From the NCBI GenBank assembly GCA_965203805.1, contig OZ241917.1, forward strand, positions 576,001 through 640,000: 64,000 nucleotides of DNA. The letters run 5' to 3'. Under the pieces are notes generated by a model. It was not told the DNA's origin. It worked only from the letters and a program-made list of their open reading frames with translations, and did no database searches. This DNA comes from Candidatus Latescibacterota bacterium. Lineage in GTDB: Bacteria; Latescibacterota; UBA2968; GCA-2709665. Of this stretch, positions 36,671 through 47,106 are shown piece by piece (positions within the stretch are counted from its first letter, which is position 1; each line of letters begins with the position of its first letter). The translations under genes were made by a program, and so were the position numbers.

Positions 36671-38434
36671 ATGAAATTCCATATGACCCTGGACTTCAGG
36701 GACGACTTCACCGCCGCCGAGGTGCCGTGGACCGCCGAGAGATTCCGTGAATATATCCGGCTCGTGGCCGACCTGGGGATGCAGGGCATTCATTGGATCG
36801 AGATGGGGGATAAGGAGATGGGCAAGTGGGATCGGGGTTCTTCGACCGATCTCAGGGGTGGCGCCCGCGCGTTCGTGGAGGCCGTACCCGACCCCCTGGC
36901 GTTCCTGTGCGAAGAGGCCCATCGCGCCGGCATGAAAGTATACGCGGTACACAAGATCAACGATATGGCCAGCTTCGGGCCGGGCCGGTTTTATCCTCTG
37001 GGTGCGGCGCCCGACGTATTGCCGGGCATTCCCCAGATCGGCGGATCGGGCCAGATGGCGTTCCGGTGGCTTCGCGAGCATCCGGACCGGCGCGTGGAGA
37101 TTCATCCTTCTTTGTTGGAGACAGCGCGCATCCGGAAACCGGTGCGTACGATCCGCTTCTGGCACGAAACCGACCGCCTTGAAAGGGCTCCGGACGTTCA
37201 GCTGTTTGTCAGCGAGACGAATGCGCAATACGCACCCTACGGGGGCGGCGGCAGAACCGACGTTTCCGTACGGAAGAGAACGCCGCCGGCATTTGCGCCC
37301 GCGCCGGAGAGGCGTCTGGCGAAGACAGGGGAATTCGCATGCGTCGAAATTACCGGGCTTGAGATATCACAACCGTTTTTCTGCGTCCGCTTTAATGGCG
37401 CAGCCGGCCTTACCAATACACTGACGGCCCTCATGGAGGTTGAGGACGCCGCCGGAGAACCCGTCGCCTTCACCTGGGGATTCTTCCCGAGGTCCGACTA
37501 TTCGAGATCTCTCGGTACGTTCGAGAAAGCCGGCATCGGGTTTGACGCCAACTGGTACATTCCTTTTGAAGACCATCCGGGAAAACACGACTGGCAGCAT
37601 TCCGCGGGAAGGTACCGGCTGAACCTGGATAAGGTGCCCTTTGTCGGGATCGCCCGCGGCAGAAACCGATACCTGACGTCTGCGGTCGAACTCGGTTATC
37701 CCGACGTCAGACGCTGGCTGCTCGATATCGTTCAGTATGAGCTGGACGCCGGCTGCGACGGGGTGGACATACGGGTCGAGAGCCATACTCAGAATATGGA
37801 TCTTGAGAATTACGGATTCGGGAAGCCCGTTGTCGACGCGTTTCGGAATCGATACGGCGTTGACATCACGCGCGAGTCGTTCGACCGGGGCGCATGGCGG
37901 AAGCTGCGGGGAGAACATTTCGATATTTTTCTCAAGGACGCGTCCGACCTGGTCCGATCACAGGGGAAGGAACAATGGATACACCTGACCGGATATCCCG
38001 GCATGGACCGGGAGCCCCGTCAACCGAGTCTGCATCAGATGTACTGGAACTGGCGGAAATGGCTGACGGAAGGCTGGGTGGACGTTGTGAATTTCAAGCG
38101 ATTTCAGCTGAGCGGGCTTTCGCCCGGTCAGCAGGAGGAAATCGACGGGTTCTACAGGAAGGCCCGGAACGTCTGCCGGGAACTCGGACTGCGAATGGCC
38201 TGCACCCCCAATCCGAGATACGAGGGCATGAGCGAGCAGGATTTCGTGGACATGGAGCTGCGGAACATCCATCGTATCGCACGGGACGGGTTCGAGGTCT
38301 ACAACTTCTATGAGGGGTGTACGTACATTCGCCTGACCGAGCACGGATTCCATGTTGGCGCGCAGGACCTGTGGCGTAGAATCCGCGATTGGCGTCAGGA
38401 AGACAATCGCGTACCGGGGCGGGGCGGCTCTTGA
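36671..38434 (+). CDS. Hypothetical protein, possible glycoside hydrolase-like TIM barrel (GHL10-like)
   Basis: CEEAHRAGMKVYA, YPDVRRWLLDIV.......DGVDIR, W.KWL.EGWVD patterns. Confidence 0.45.
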   Translation: MKFHMTLDFRDDFTAAEVPWTAERFREYIRLVADLGMQGIHWIEMGDKEMGKWDRGSSTDLRGGARAFVEAVPDPLAFLCEEAHRAGMKVYAVHKINDMASFGPGRFYPLGAAPDVLPGIPQIGGSGQMAFRWLREHPDRRVEIHPSLLETARIRKPVRTIRFWHETDRLERAPDVQLFVSETNAQYAPYGGGGRTDVSVRKRTPPAFAPAPERRLAKTGEFACVEITGLEISQPFFCVRFNGAAGLTNTLTALMEVEDAAGEPVAFTWGFFPRSDYSRSLGTFEKAGIGFDANWYIPFEDHPGKHDWQHSAGRYRLNLDKVPFVGIARGRNRYLTSAVELGYPDVRRWLLDIVQYELDAGCDGVDIRVESHTQNMDLENYGFGKPVVDAFRNRYGVDITRESFDRGAWRKLRGEHFDIFLKDASDLVRSQGKEQWIHLTGYPGMDREPRQPSLHQMYWNWRKWLTEGWVDVVNFKRFQLSGLSPGQQEEIDGFYRKARNVCRELGLRMACTPNPRYEGMSEQDFVDMELRNIHRIARDGFEVYNFYEGCTYIRLTEHGFHVGAQDLWRRIRDWRQEDNRVPGRGGS

Positions 38435-38478
38435 ACACTCGGCCGTTGCCCGGTTGCGGGAAAGGGGATACGTGAGCG

Positions 38479-40026
38479 ATGTGGAACGACGTAATCAACG
38501 TGGGAACCGGAAAACAGTTGTTCGTGGATTCGAAGTTCGTCGAAACCAGCGCGGGCGTGTCGTTTGTCATGAACCCGCCGTATCAGGTGGACGAACCGGT
38601 ATTGATGCCCGATACGCCCTGGGAACGGCTCGCCGGAGCGTGTTTCGGCGTCTATAGCAGCATCCTCAAGGGAGACGACGGAAAGATCCGCGTCTGGGTT
38701 CACGTTCGCACCGGAGTCTACCAGTCCGGCCGGGACGAAGCCCACATCGCCTACGCCGAGTCCGTCGACGGCATCCATTTCACCCGGCCGGTGCTGGATC
38801 TGGTTGAATCGAATGGAACGAAAGAAAACAATGTCGTAATCCCGGCCAACATCGGCGGAAGTTCCGCATGGATCGACCCGCACGCGCCGCCTGAGTCTCG
38901 CTATAAGACCCAGGCGAAAGTCTATTCGCCACCCGAGGTATGGGGACATCTGCACATGCACGGATCGCCCGATGGGATTCACTGGAAGCTCTTGTACGAC
39001 GTGGCGTTGAGTCGCGGCGGGTGGGATACGCAGACCATCGTGTTCTGGGATCCGGCGGTCGGGCGCTACGCGATGTATACCCGGCACTGGTTTGCGAAAC
39101 GGCATGGGACGGCAGAAGGCAATCTAAACTACCGGACGGTGCGCAGGCTGGAATCCGAAGATTTGCAGGAATGGGGAAATCAGCGAATCGTCATGCGGCC
39201 CGACGACACCGATATGGACACATACGATACGCCCTTTCCCCTTCGCCCCGAAGGGCCGGAACGTCCTTACGGGCGGGCGCCGATGGACTACTACGGGGCA
39301 TCGGTATTCAAATACCCGGACCCCGACGGCGTGTACGTCATGCTGGCCAACGCAAACTGGTATTGGTTCGACCGCGAACCCGTGGTCACCGTGGTCCGCG
39401 ACGATATGGGCGTTGCGCGGGAGGAGACGCAGAATATCTACGGCCCCAGCCGTTTCGACGTCCGTCTGTCCGTCAGCCGGGACGGTATTCATTTTCAGCG
39501 GTGCGGCGGGCGCAAGCCCATTCTGAAGCCCGGCAGGGAGGGAAGTTTCTCGTCCCGCATGGTGTGGGCGATGCCGAATCCGATACAGATGGAGGACGAG
39601 TTGTGGATCTATTATAGCGGAATGAACAGGGACCACGACGGTATCGTCGATCCAATGGCGGGGAAACTTCTCAGCGGCATCGGGCGCGCCGTGATGCGCC
39701 TGGACGGGTTTGTGTCCGCGGATGCCGGCTACGGAGGCGGTGAACTGGTCACGCCACCGGTTCGATTTGAGGGGACGCAACTGGAATTGAACCTGGATAC
39801 CGGCGGGGGAGGTTCCGCGAAGGTTGAACTACAGGATCATCTGGGCCGGCCGATCGCGAAATTCGCCGAATCGGACGCGTCCTATCTCTGCGGCAATTCG
39901 GTTCGAATGCCCGTACGTTGGGGCGAGAGAAGCCACCTGGGCGAACTGGCGGGCCAACCGGTCAGGATACGCTTTGTCATGCGCGACTGCAAGCTTTATG
40001 CGTTTCAGTTCACGACACCGGGGTGA
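38479..40026 (+). CDS. Hypothetical beta-propeller glycoside hydrolase-like protein (GH32/GH43/GH130-like fold)
   Basis: Repeated S.DGIHW/F Asp-box-like motifs, DTQ..VFWD, RLDGFVS and a C-terminal beta-sandwich ending LYAFQF. Confidence 0.5.
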   Translation: MWNDVINVGTGKQLFVDSKFVETSAGVSFVMNPPYQVDEPVLMPDTPWERLAGACFGVYSSILKGDDGKIRVWVHVRTGVYQSGRDEAHIAYAESVDGIHFTRPVLDLVESNGTKENNVVIPANIGGSSAWIDPHAPPESRYKTQAKVYSPPEVWGHLHMHGSPDGIHWKLLYDVALSRGGWDTQTIVFWDPAVGRYAMYTRHWFAKRHGTAEGNLNYRTVRRLESEDLQEWGNQRIVMRPDDTDMDTYDTPFPLRPEGPERPYGRAPMDYYGASVFKYPDPDGVYVMLANANWYWFDREPVVTVVRDDMGVAREETQNIYGPSRFDVRLSVSRDGIHFQRCGGRKPILKPGREGSFSSRMVWAMPNPIQMEDELWIYYSGMNRDHDGIVDPMAGKLLSGIGRAVMRLDGFVSADAGYGGGELVTPPVRFEGTQLELNLDTGGGGSAKVELQDHLGRPIAKFAESDASYLCGNSVRMPVRWGERSHLGELAGQPVRIRFVMRDCKLYAFQFTTPG

Positions 40027-40147
40027 TGGCGGCAGCACCGCTGAAAGTCCCGGTTTTACGGTTCCGTATTTCCGGTCGTCAAGAATGATGCGCTGAAGTG
40101 TACTGCCCCTGTGGAAGCCCGGGCCGCACATCGAATTGGAGGAGTTG

Positions 40148-40609
40148 ATGTCCGAATACAATGTCGTTGTCAAGTTCGTCAAACCGGTCCGGGTTGCTTC
40201 CCGGCGCGAATCCATTCCGGAGTTCAGCGCGATCGGTTCGGCCATGGACTGCATGTACAAAGAGGTCGTCTCGTATATCGACGAACATAACGGGAGGATC
40301 GCGGGACCGGGAATCACCGTCTGGCACGGCGCCCTGGACGCGGAGGCGGCCCTACCGGTTGAGCAGCCGCTGCCGGACGGGGATCGCGTACACGTTTGGG
40401 AGTTGCCGGGAGGCGAAATGGCCTGTGGGGTCCACCGCGGCGCTTTCGACGGTTTCCGCAAGGCATACGAGACCGTTCGCCGGTGGATAGGTGACAACGG
40501 TTACCGGATCACGGGACCCGGGCGCGAAGTCTACCTGCACTTCGCGCCGGGGGGAGACCCGAGAGACAACGTGACCGAAATACAGTTTCCCGTGGTCAAA
40601 GCGCAGTGA
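40148..40609 (+). CDS. GyrI-like small-molecule-binding domain protein
   Basis: VHRG.FD....AY..V..WI..NGY.I.GP.REVYL...TEIQFPV. Confidence 0.85.
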   Translation: MSEYNVVVKFVKPVRVASRRESIPEFSAIGSAMDCMYKEVVSYIDEHNGRIAGPGITVWHGALDAEAALPVEQPLPDGDRVHVWELPGGEMACGVHRGAFDGFRKAYETVRRWIGDNGYRITGPGREVYLHFAPGGDPRDNVTEIQFPVVKAQ

Positions 40610-40616
40610 GAAATGA

Positions 40617-41435
40617 CTACGCGTATTTTTCGAGAAGCGCCTTGCTCTTCAGAACACCCTCGTAATCGTCGGTTCTGCCTTCGAATTCAATTCCGTAGGG
40701 GTTTCCGTAGCCCGCGTCCCTGAGGATGCCGATGGCGGCGGCGCATTCGATCTCCCGTGACTCGCCGTCAGCCGCAAAGCTGAGAAATTTCGCGTGGGTC
40801 GCCCAGGCGTACGGAGCGACCCTTCTGAGGTTTTCGAGCTTGTCGTCTTCGGGCGGCCAGTTGAGAAAATCCGCAAGGACGCGGCAGTGGTCGTTTCCCA
40901 CGGCGTCCATGACCCGCAGGATGTTGTCCGGCGATACCGATACGCCCCCGTGATTCTCCATCAGCAGTCGTATGCCCGCCTGCGCGCAAAGTTCCGTGAG
41001 TTCTCGGAAGCTGTTGATGCACTGTTCAATATGCGCTTCCCTGACCGGCTCGCCCCGGCCGGGACCGGTGTTGGCGCGAAACGCGTTGCAACCCAGCGCC
41101 AGGCAGGCGTCGATCCACTTTTTGTGATTCTCAACGCCCAGTTTTCGTTCTTTTTCGTCCAGAGAGGAAAGGTCGCCGTGGCCGTCGACGGCGATGTTCA
41201 GCAGCCCGACGCCCGCATCCTCCGCGCGTTGGCGAAGTTCGTCAGGATACCCCCTGGCCAGACGACTGGTGGCGGGACTGTCCGGATTCTCGAAGACGAA
41301 GAATGGGCTATTGAGTTCCAGCAGGCGTATGTCGAATGCTTCAACGGCAAGGGCGGGAAAGTCCAGCAGACGCAGCGGGTTCTCCTGACTCCTGAACCGC
41401 CGCTGGATGCTCCAGCCTGCGAGCGAGATTTCCAT
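40617..41435 (-). CDS. Sugar phosphate isomerase/epimerase family protein
   Basis: ISLAGWS, KKWID....LGC, MENHGG, DFLNW, THAK, IEFEG; start trimmed to ATG 41435. Confidence 0.85.
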   Translation of the reverse strand: MEISLAGWSIQRRFRSQENPLRLLDFPALAVEAFDIRLLELNSPFFVFENPDSPATSRLARGYPDELRQRAEDAGVGLLNIAVDGHGDLSSLDEKERKLGVENHKKWIDACLALGCNAFRANTGPGRGEPVREAHIEQCINSFRELTELCAQAGIRLLMENHGGVSVSPDNILRVMDAVGNDHCRVLADFLNWPPEDDKLENLRRVAPYAWATHAKFLSFAADGESREIECAAAIGILRDAGYGNPYGIEFEGRTDDYEGVLKSKALLEKYA

Positions 41436-41661
41436 GGGGTTGCCTCCGTCGTTGGTCCGGGTTTGCGCTTGCTTTTGCATTGGCCTGCGAATATAATATC
41501 CCGCCGTATGCATCGCCAGCGCTTCCTGCTCGTCCGGCGCCAGGAGCAGCCTGGGGAACGCAGGCGCCCGTTGGAGGGGTCACGCGGCCCGGCCGATAAA
41601 CGGGTGCGGCGGATCTTTCTCACGGATGCGGGTTTCGACCCTGTGATCGAAAGGATATCCC

Positions 41662-43230
41662 GTGAAAGGCATGGTAACCGCGCCACAACCGCTTGCGGTG
41701 GACGCGGGCGTCAAGGTGCTGGCCGATGGCGGAAATGCCGTCGACGCGGCCGTAACGGCGGCATTCGTTCAGATGGTGACCACGCCGCGCAGTTGTGGCG
41801 TCGGCGGCTTTGGCATGATGTATATCCACACGCCCCGAACGGATACGATTCTGGATTTTCACGGCAAGGCCGGCGCGCGCGTACGACCGGATATGTGGGA
41901 GCCTGAAATCGTTCGTGAGAACGCCACGGGGTACGGATACACCCTGAGGGGACGCGTCAACGAAGTCGGCTACGGCGCGGTTACAACCCCCGGTACAGTT
42001 GCCGGTCTGTACCGGGCCCAGACCGACTTCGGGAGCATGTCGTGGCGGGATGCGCTCAGGCCCGGCATCGCGGTTGCAGGGGAAGGATTCGAAGCGACCC
42101 GAGCAGAGGCGGCGTCCTGGAAACAGATCCCTACCCCGGAAACGACGCCGTGGATCACCGTGGCGACGTCACCCCGCGAGGGTGGGGGTGAGTTGATCGC
42201 CAACCCGGATATGGCCCGGACATTCTCAATCCTGGCCGAAGGCGGGGAAGACGTTTTCTATCGCGGGGAGATGGCCAGGGCAATTGCCGGCGATATGGAG
42301 CGGGGCGGCGGTTTCGTGACGCTGGAAGATCTCAATCGTTACGAGGTCACGGATACCCGGCCGCTGCAGGCCCCGTATCGCGAATATACCGTCGCCACCA
42401 ACCAGCCTCCCGGCGGGGGGCTGACCATCCTGCAGATGCTCAGGATCCTGGAGGGTTACGACCTTGCGGATATGGGCTACCTTTCGCCGGAGTACGTGTA
42501 TACCGTGTCGATGGCGATGAAGGCGGCCTGGACGGATCGGGCGAATTTTATCGGTGACCCCGCGTTCGTGGACGTACCGGCTGAATCGCTGCTTTGCGAA
42601 GAACGCGCGGCGGCCTGGCGTCAACGCATCGATGCCCGCGAGAAGATCACGATCCCGCGATGGCAGCCGCAGGAGCCGCCCAGCACCACGCACGTCTCCG
42701 TTGTGGACCAGTGGCGCAACGTGGTGGGTCTCACCCACTCGCTGGGATCGGGTTCGGACGTGATTACCCCGGGATTGGGCTTCATGTACAACAACTGTAT
42801 GAATTGTTTCAATCCGGTGCCCGGGCAGGTGAATTCGATCGAACCGGGCAAGACAAGAACGACCGGAATGGCTCCCACGCTGGTGAAACTGGGTGACGAG
42901 CCCTTCTTCAGCGTGGGCGCGCCCGGGGGAACGCGGATCGTGACCGGTATTCTGCACGCCATCCTGAACGTCATCGACCACGGCATGTCCGCCACCGAAG
43001 CGATCGCGGCCCCCCGGTTCGATTGCCAGAGTGACGCGATTGTGGCCCATTCCAGAATCGCACCCTCGATCTGTGAGGGCGTGAGGGCGATGGGCCACGA
43101 GGTCCATTCCCTGCTGAACGGTTATGGCGGGATAGCATCGGTGCACGGCATCATTCTCGATCCGGCAACGGGTACCCTCAACGGGGGGGCCGATCCCGGT
43201 TCGCCCGGAATGGCATTGGGGGTGCAATGA
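41662..43230 (+). CDS. ggt: Gamma-glutamyltransferase family protein
   Basis: GGNAVDAAV, PGTVAG, nucleophile TTHVSVVD, GAPGGTRI, GGADP. Confidence 0.9.
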   Translation: MKGMVTAPQPLAVDAGVKVLADGGNAVDAAVTAAFVQMVTTPRSCGVGGFGMMYIHTPRTDTILDFHGKAGARVRPDMWEPEIVRENATGYGYTLRGRVNEVGYGAVTTPGTVAGLYRAQTDFGSMSWRDALRPGIAVAGEGFEATRAEAASWKQIPTPETTPWITVATSPREGGGELIANPDMARTFSILAEGGEDVFYRGEMARAIAGDMERGGGFVTLEDLNRYEVTDTRPLQAPYREYTVATNQPPGGGLTILQMLRILEGYDLADMGYLSPEYVYTVSMAMKAAWTDRANFIGDPAFVDVPAESLLCEERAAAWRQRIDAREKITIPRWQPQEPPSTTHVSVVDQWRNVVGLTHSLGSGSDVITPGLGFMYNNCMNCFNPVPGQVNSIEPGKTRTTGMAPTLVKLGDEPFFSVGAPGGTRIVTGILHAILNVIDHGMSATEAIAAPRFDCQSDAIVAHSRIAPSICEGVRAMGHEVHSLLNGYGGIASVHGIILDPATGTLNGGADPGSPGMALGVQ

Positions 43231-43361
43231 ACGTTTGGGGCGAATCAAGGTTCCTGCCTGGTTTTGCTCCTCGGCGAGAGTCAATGAACCTCATTATCTG
43301 TCATTAAGGCAAGATCGGTTTTTCGTCCACCTGGACAGCCATAGCCCGGAAAGGAAACGAG

Positions 43362-44561
43362 ATGTTCGAAACGCTCGAGATGGCGCCCGCGGATCCGATT
43401 CTGGGTCTGACCGCCGCATTCAAAGAAGATACCCACCCCGATCGAATCAACCTCGGCGTCGGTGTCTATAAGGACGGCGAAGGAAACACCCCCGTTTTCG
43501 ACTCGGTGCAGCGTGCGGAAGCCCGGGTCCTCGACCGGCAGACCACGAAGGATTACCTTCAGATTTCGGGTGCGCCCGAATATGCGTCGGCAGTACAGGC
43601 CCTCTTGTTCGGCCCGGATCACGAAATCGTCACCGGACAAAGAGCGGCGACTGTACATGTCCCGGGCGGGACCGGGGGACTTCGGGTTGCCGGTGATTTC
43701 GTCCGCAAGCTGTTTCCGCGCGCAAGGATCTGGCTGAGCGATCCGACCTGGGCGAATCATCCCAACGTCTACGGGCACGCGGGTGTGGAGGTCGCGACGT
43801 ATCCCTACTTCGACAAGGAGGCAAACGATCTGGATTTCACCGCCATGCTGGATGCTCTGAGCGGGATTCCCTCAGGAGACGTCGTACTGTTGCACGGATG
43901 CTGTCACAACCCGACGGGTATCGATCCCACCCCGGATCAATGGGCGCAGATCGCCGACGTGGCCGGCGCGCGCGGCTGGATCCCGCTTGTCGATCTTGCC
44001 TATCAGGGGCTCGGGGACGGGATCGAGCGGGACAGCGCGGGATTGAGGTCGCTGTGCAGGCCGGGCGCCGAGTTGATGGTGTCCAGTTCATACTCGAAGA
44101 ATTTCGGCCTTTACAACGAGCGCGTCGGCGCGCTGACGCTGGTGGGATCGTCTTCCGAGGCGGCGCATGCGTTGTTGAGCCAGGTGATGATCTGTATCCG
44201 GGCCAACTATTCGAATCCACCGGCGCACGGAGCGGCCATCGTGACCGAGGTTCTCAACGATTCCGGTCTTCGCAGCCAGTGGGAAGGCGAGGTGCAGCAG
44301 ATGCGGAACCGGATCAACCGGATGCGGGCGTTGTTCGTGGATACCCTCGAGCGGAAAGGAGTACGGCGCGATTTTTCCTTCATCGCGAGGCAGCGGGGGA
44401 TGTTCTCGTTTTCGGGGTTGAACAGCGAACAGGTGGACGCGCTCCGCGATGAGTATTCGATCTATATGGTGGGCTCGGGGCGGATCAACGTGGCGGGTAT
44501 TACCGAGGCGAACGTCGACTATTTGTGCGAATCGATTGCCGCGGTGCTGCGGGCGCCGTAA
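43362..44561 (+). CDS. aspC: Aspartate/aromatic amino acid aminotransferase (AspC/TyrB type)
   Basis: APADPILGL, LHGCCHNPTG, DLAYQG, SYSKNFGLYNERVG, GMFSFSGL, GRINVAG. Confidence 0.9.
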   Translation: MFETLEMAPADPILGLTAAFKEDTHPDRINLGVGVYKDGEGNTPVFDSVQRAEARVLDRQTTKDYLQISGAPEYASAVQALLFGPDHEIVTGQRAATVHVPGGTGGLRVAGDFVRKLFPRARIWLSDPTWANHPNVYGHAGVEVATYPYFDKEANDLDFTAMLDALSGIPSGDVVLLHGCCHNPTGIDPTPDQWAQIADVAGARGWIPLVDLAYQGLGDGIERDSAGLRSLCRPGAELMVSSSYSKNFGLYNERVGALTLVGSSSEAAHALLSQVMICIRANYSNPPAHGAAIVTEVLNDSGLRSQWEGEVQQMRNRINRMRALFVDTLERKGVRRDFSFIARQRGMFSFSGLNSEQVDALRDEYSIYMVGSGRINVAGITEANVDYLCESIAAVLRAP

Positions 44562-44649
44562 TCCCCCGTGATCGACCGATGCAGTACGGTGCCTATCTTC
44601 GTGGATTCGGTTGCGCCATGCGCAGTCGGAAAGGTCAGGTGAGTGAACG

Positions 44650-46152
44650 ATGGACCATTCGCTGTTCTGGGGAGACCTGCATACGCACTGTGGGATCAGC
44701 TACGGTTACGGCAGTCTCGAGAGGGCCTTCAGGCTGGCGAGCGAGCATCTGGACTTCTGTTCGGTGGTGGGGCATGCGACGTGGCACGACATGCCGACGG
44801 ATCGAAATCGGCACGGTTACATTATCGACTATCACAGCGAGGGATTCGCACGTCTGAGACGTAATTGGAAGATGGTGCAGGAGACGGTTGCAAAGTACAA
44901 CCGCCCGGGACGGTTCGTCACGTTTCTCGGCTACGAGTGGCATTCGTGCGCGTACGGCGACCACAACGTCTATTACCCGGGCGACGACGGCGAAATTGTC
45001 GAACGCGACAGCCTGGAGGAACTGGACGAGGCGTTTGAGGGTGAAGACGTGATGATCCACCCGCACCACATAGGTTACGGCGCGGGCTTCAGGGGGATTA
45101 ACTGGTCGCATTTCGACGCACGCCGGTCTCCGGTCGTCGAAATACTGTCCGGCCACGGGGGGTCTGAGCGGGACGGCGGCCCCTACCCCATGTATCATAC
45201 CATGGGTCCCAGGCAGTACCGGGGCACGGTCGCGTACGGGCTTGCGCTCGGGCACAAATTCGGGTTTCTGGGAGGCACCGACCATCACGGGGGGTATCCC
45301 GGACATTACGGCGAGGGAAGAACCGGCGTGTACGCGACGGCACTCACTCGCGAAGCCATATGGGAGGCGATTCGCGCCAGACGATGTTATGCGGTAACGG
45401 GAGATCGCATCGGGTTGTGTTTTTCCATCAACGACGCGACAATGGGTGAGGAGGCGTCCGCTTCCGGCGCCCGGGAAATCAGGGTGTCCGCGAGCGGCGC
45501 CGACGCACTGGACCGGATAGAGGTCGTCAAGAACAACCGGCCGCTGAAGCGGGTGTTCGGACCCGCGCCCTCGGTGGCGCCGCCCGATCCCGTGCGGGCG
45601 AAGGTGCGGGTGGAATGGGGTTGGGGCGACAAAGACGAATGGGTGCGCTGGGATGCGGACGTGCGGCTTTCCGATGGACGGCTGGTTTCGGTCGAACCCT
45701 GCTTCTCGGGCGACCCCGTGCTGGCGCCTTCGGCGGACGGCGCGGTATCGGCAACCGGCGAGGAACCCGTTCACGGCATTGTGGCGCAGGATGAACGACA
45801 CGTGGCGTGGTTTTCCCATACCCGCGGCAATGCGCATCCGTACCTGCGGGGGACAAACGCGCTGATTCTGGAATTGGACGCTCCGCACGCCGCCGCTTTG
45901 CAGTTCAGCGTCAACGGTACGTCCTGCCGCTGTCTGCTTTCGGATCTCCTGAAGGGTTCCAGGAGCGAGTTCATCCGGGGATGGCGCTCGGAGGCGATGC
46001 TCGTGCACCGTGCGGTACCCGAGGGCCAGTTGCAGGCGGCGGTGGTGTTTGAAGACGCCGGGCCGGAGCACGAGACCGATTTCTATTACGTCCGCGTGGC
46101 TCAGGAGAACAGCCAGTGGGCCTGGTCCAGCCCCATCTGGGTGTCGGGCTGA
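44650..46152 (+). CDS. DUF3604/PHP-like metal-dependent hydrolase
   Basis: WGDLHTH, FLGYEW, HPHH, GGTDHHG, RRCYAVTG, YYVRVAQ....AWSSPIW. Confidence 0.72.
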   Translation: MDHSLFWGDLHTHCGISYGYGSLERAFRLASEHLDFCSVVGHATWHDMPTDRNRHGYIIDYHSEGFARLRRNWKMVQETVAKYNRPGRFVTFLGYEWHSCAYGDHNVYYPGDDGEIVERDSLEELDEAFEGEDVMIHPHHIGYGAGFRGINWSHFDARRSPVVEILSGHGGSERDGGPYPMYHTMGPRQYRGTVAYGLALGHKFGFLGGTDHHGGYPGHYGEGRTGVYATALTREAIWEAIRARRCYAVTGDRIGLCFSINDATMGEEASASGAREIRVSASGADALDRIEVVKNNRPLKRVFGPAPSVAPPDPVRAKVRVEWGWGDKDEWVRWDADVRLSDGRLVSVEPCFSGDPVLAPSADGAVSATGEEPVHGIVAQDERHVAWFSHTRGNAHPYLRGTNALILELDAPHAAALQFSVNGTSCRCLLSDLLKGSRSEFIRGWRSEAMLVHRAVPEGQLQAAVVFEDAGPEHETDFYYVRVAQENSQWAWSSPIWVSG

Positions 46153-46264
46153 TTGCGGGAGAATCGGAAAGGGAACGTGGCGTATCGGTGGAAGCGGTCC
46201 GGGGTCAAGCCGCAAGTGATTCGGTCAATCACCGCCGGTGCATCGTCAGGAACGGAGGTCCATC

Positions 46265-47038
46265 ATGGTGCTGAAAGACCGTGTCGCCATCGTGACGGGC
46301 GGGAGTTCGGGAATCGGCCGGGGTGTCGCCCTGGAGTTCGCAAGAGAGGGTGCGGCGGTCGCGGTGGCAGACGTCCGCGAAGCGCCGAAGCAGGGCAAAT
46401 ATCACGAGCAGGAGGTTCGGACACCCACCGTTGAAGAGATACGGAAACTTGGAGGTGACGGGGTTTTCGTCGAAACCGACATGTGCGACGCCGCCGCGGT
46501 CCGGGCTCTGGTGGATCGTACCGTCGGCGCCTACGGCGGACTGGACATTCTGGTGAACAATGCCGGCATCCATATTCCCGGGAATAGCCAGACGCTGACG
46601 ATGGAGGCGTGGGACCGGGTAATGGGTGTCAACATCCGCGGCGTCTTCGTTGCGTCGAGCGCAGCGATCCCGCACCTGAAGCGATCTCAGGCAGGGAGGA
46701 TCATCAACATCGCGTCGGTGCATTCGTTCGGTGGGGGCGGGGGTCCCGCGTACGCGCCCGCCAAAGCCGGTGTGGTCAACCTGACGCGCGACCTGGCGAT
46801 GGAAGTGGCTCCCGACGGCGTCACGGTGAACGCAGTCTGCCCGGGCTACATCGAGACCGCTATTCAGGACTATCTGACGGAGGAACAGATCCGGGATGCG
46901 CTGGAAAAGACGCCGCTTCCCCGATTCGGACTGCCTAAGGATATCGGCCGGGCGTGCGTCTTCCTTGCGTCCTCGGACGCGGAGTGGATCACGGGAGTGG
47001 CGTTGCCGGTGGACGGCGGCTGGCTGGCGCCCGTTTGA
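46265..47038 (+). CDS. SDR family oxidoreductase (FabG-like)
   Basis: TGGSSGIG, NNAG, YAPAK, PVDGG. Confidence 0.88.
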   Translation: MVLKDRVAIVTGGSSGIGRGVALEFAREGAAVAVADVREAPKQGKYHEQEVRTPTVEEIRKLGGDGVFVETDMCDAAAVRALVDRTVGAYGGLDILVNNAGIHIPGNSQTLTMEAWDRVMGVNIRGVFVASSAAIPHLKRSQAGRIINIASVHSFGGGGGPAYAPAKAGVVNLTRDLAMEVAPDGVTVNAVCPGYIETAIQDYLTEEQIRDALEKTPLPRFGLPKDIGRACVFLASSDAEWITGVALPVDGGWLAPV

Positions 47039-47106
47039 GACGATATGTCAATGGTTCGCCCTGCGGGATGATTGCACGCCCACAGGGCCCGTAATTTGGG
47101 GCGACG

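Noticed and set aside
35354-37228. 624-aa 'fusion' permease, and the N-terminally extended SBP (to 35559), SufS (to 58594) and HpnC (to 3093) ORFs
   Set aside because: The extensions overlap neighbouring real genes and lack motifs; internal starts with an RBS or stop-start overlaps fit better.
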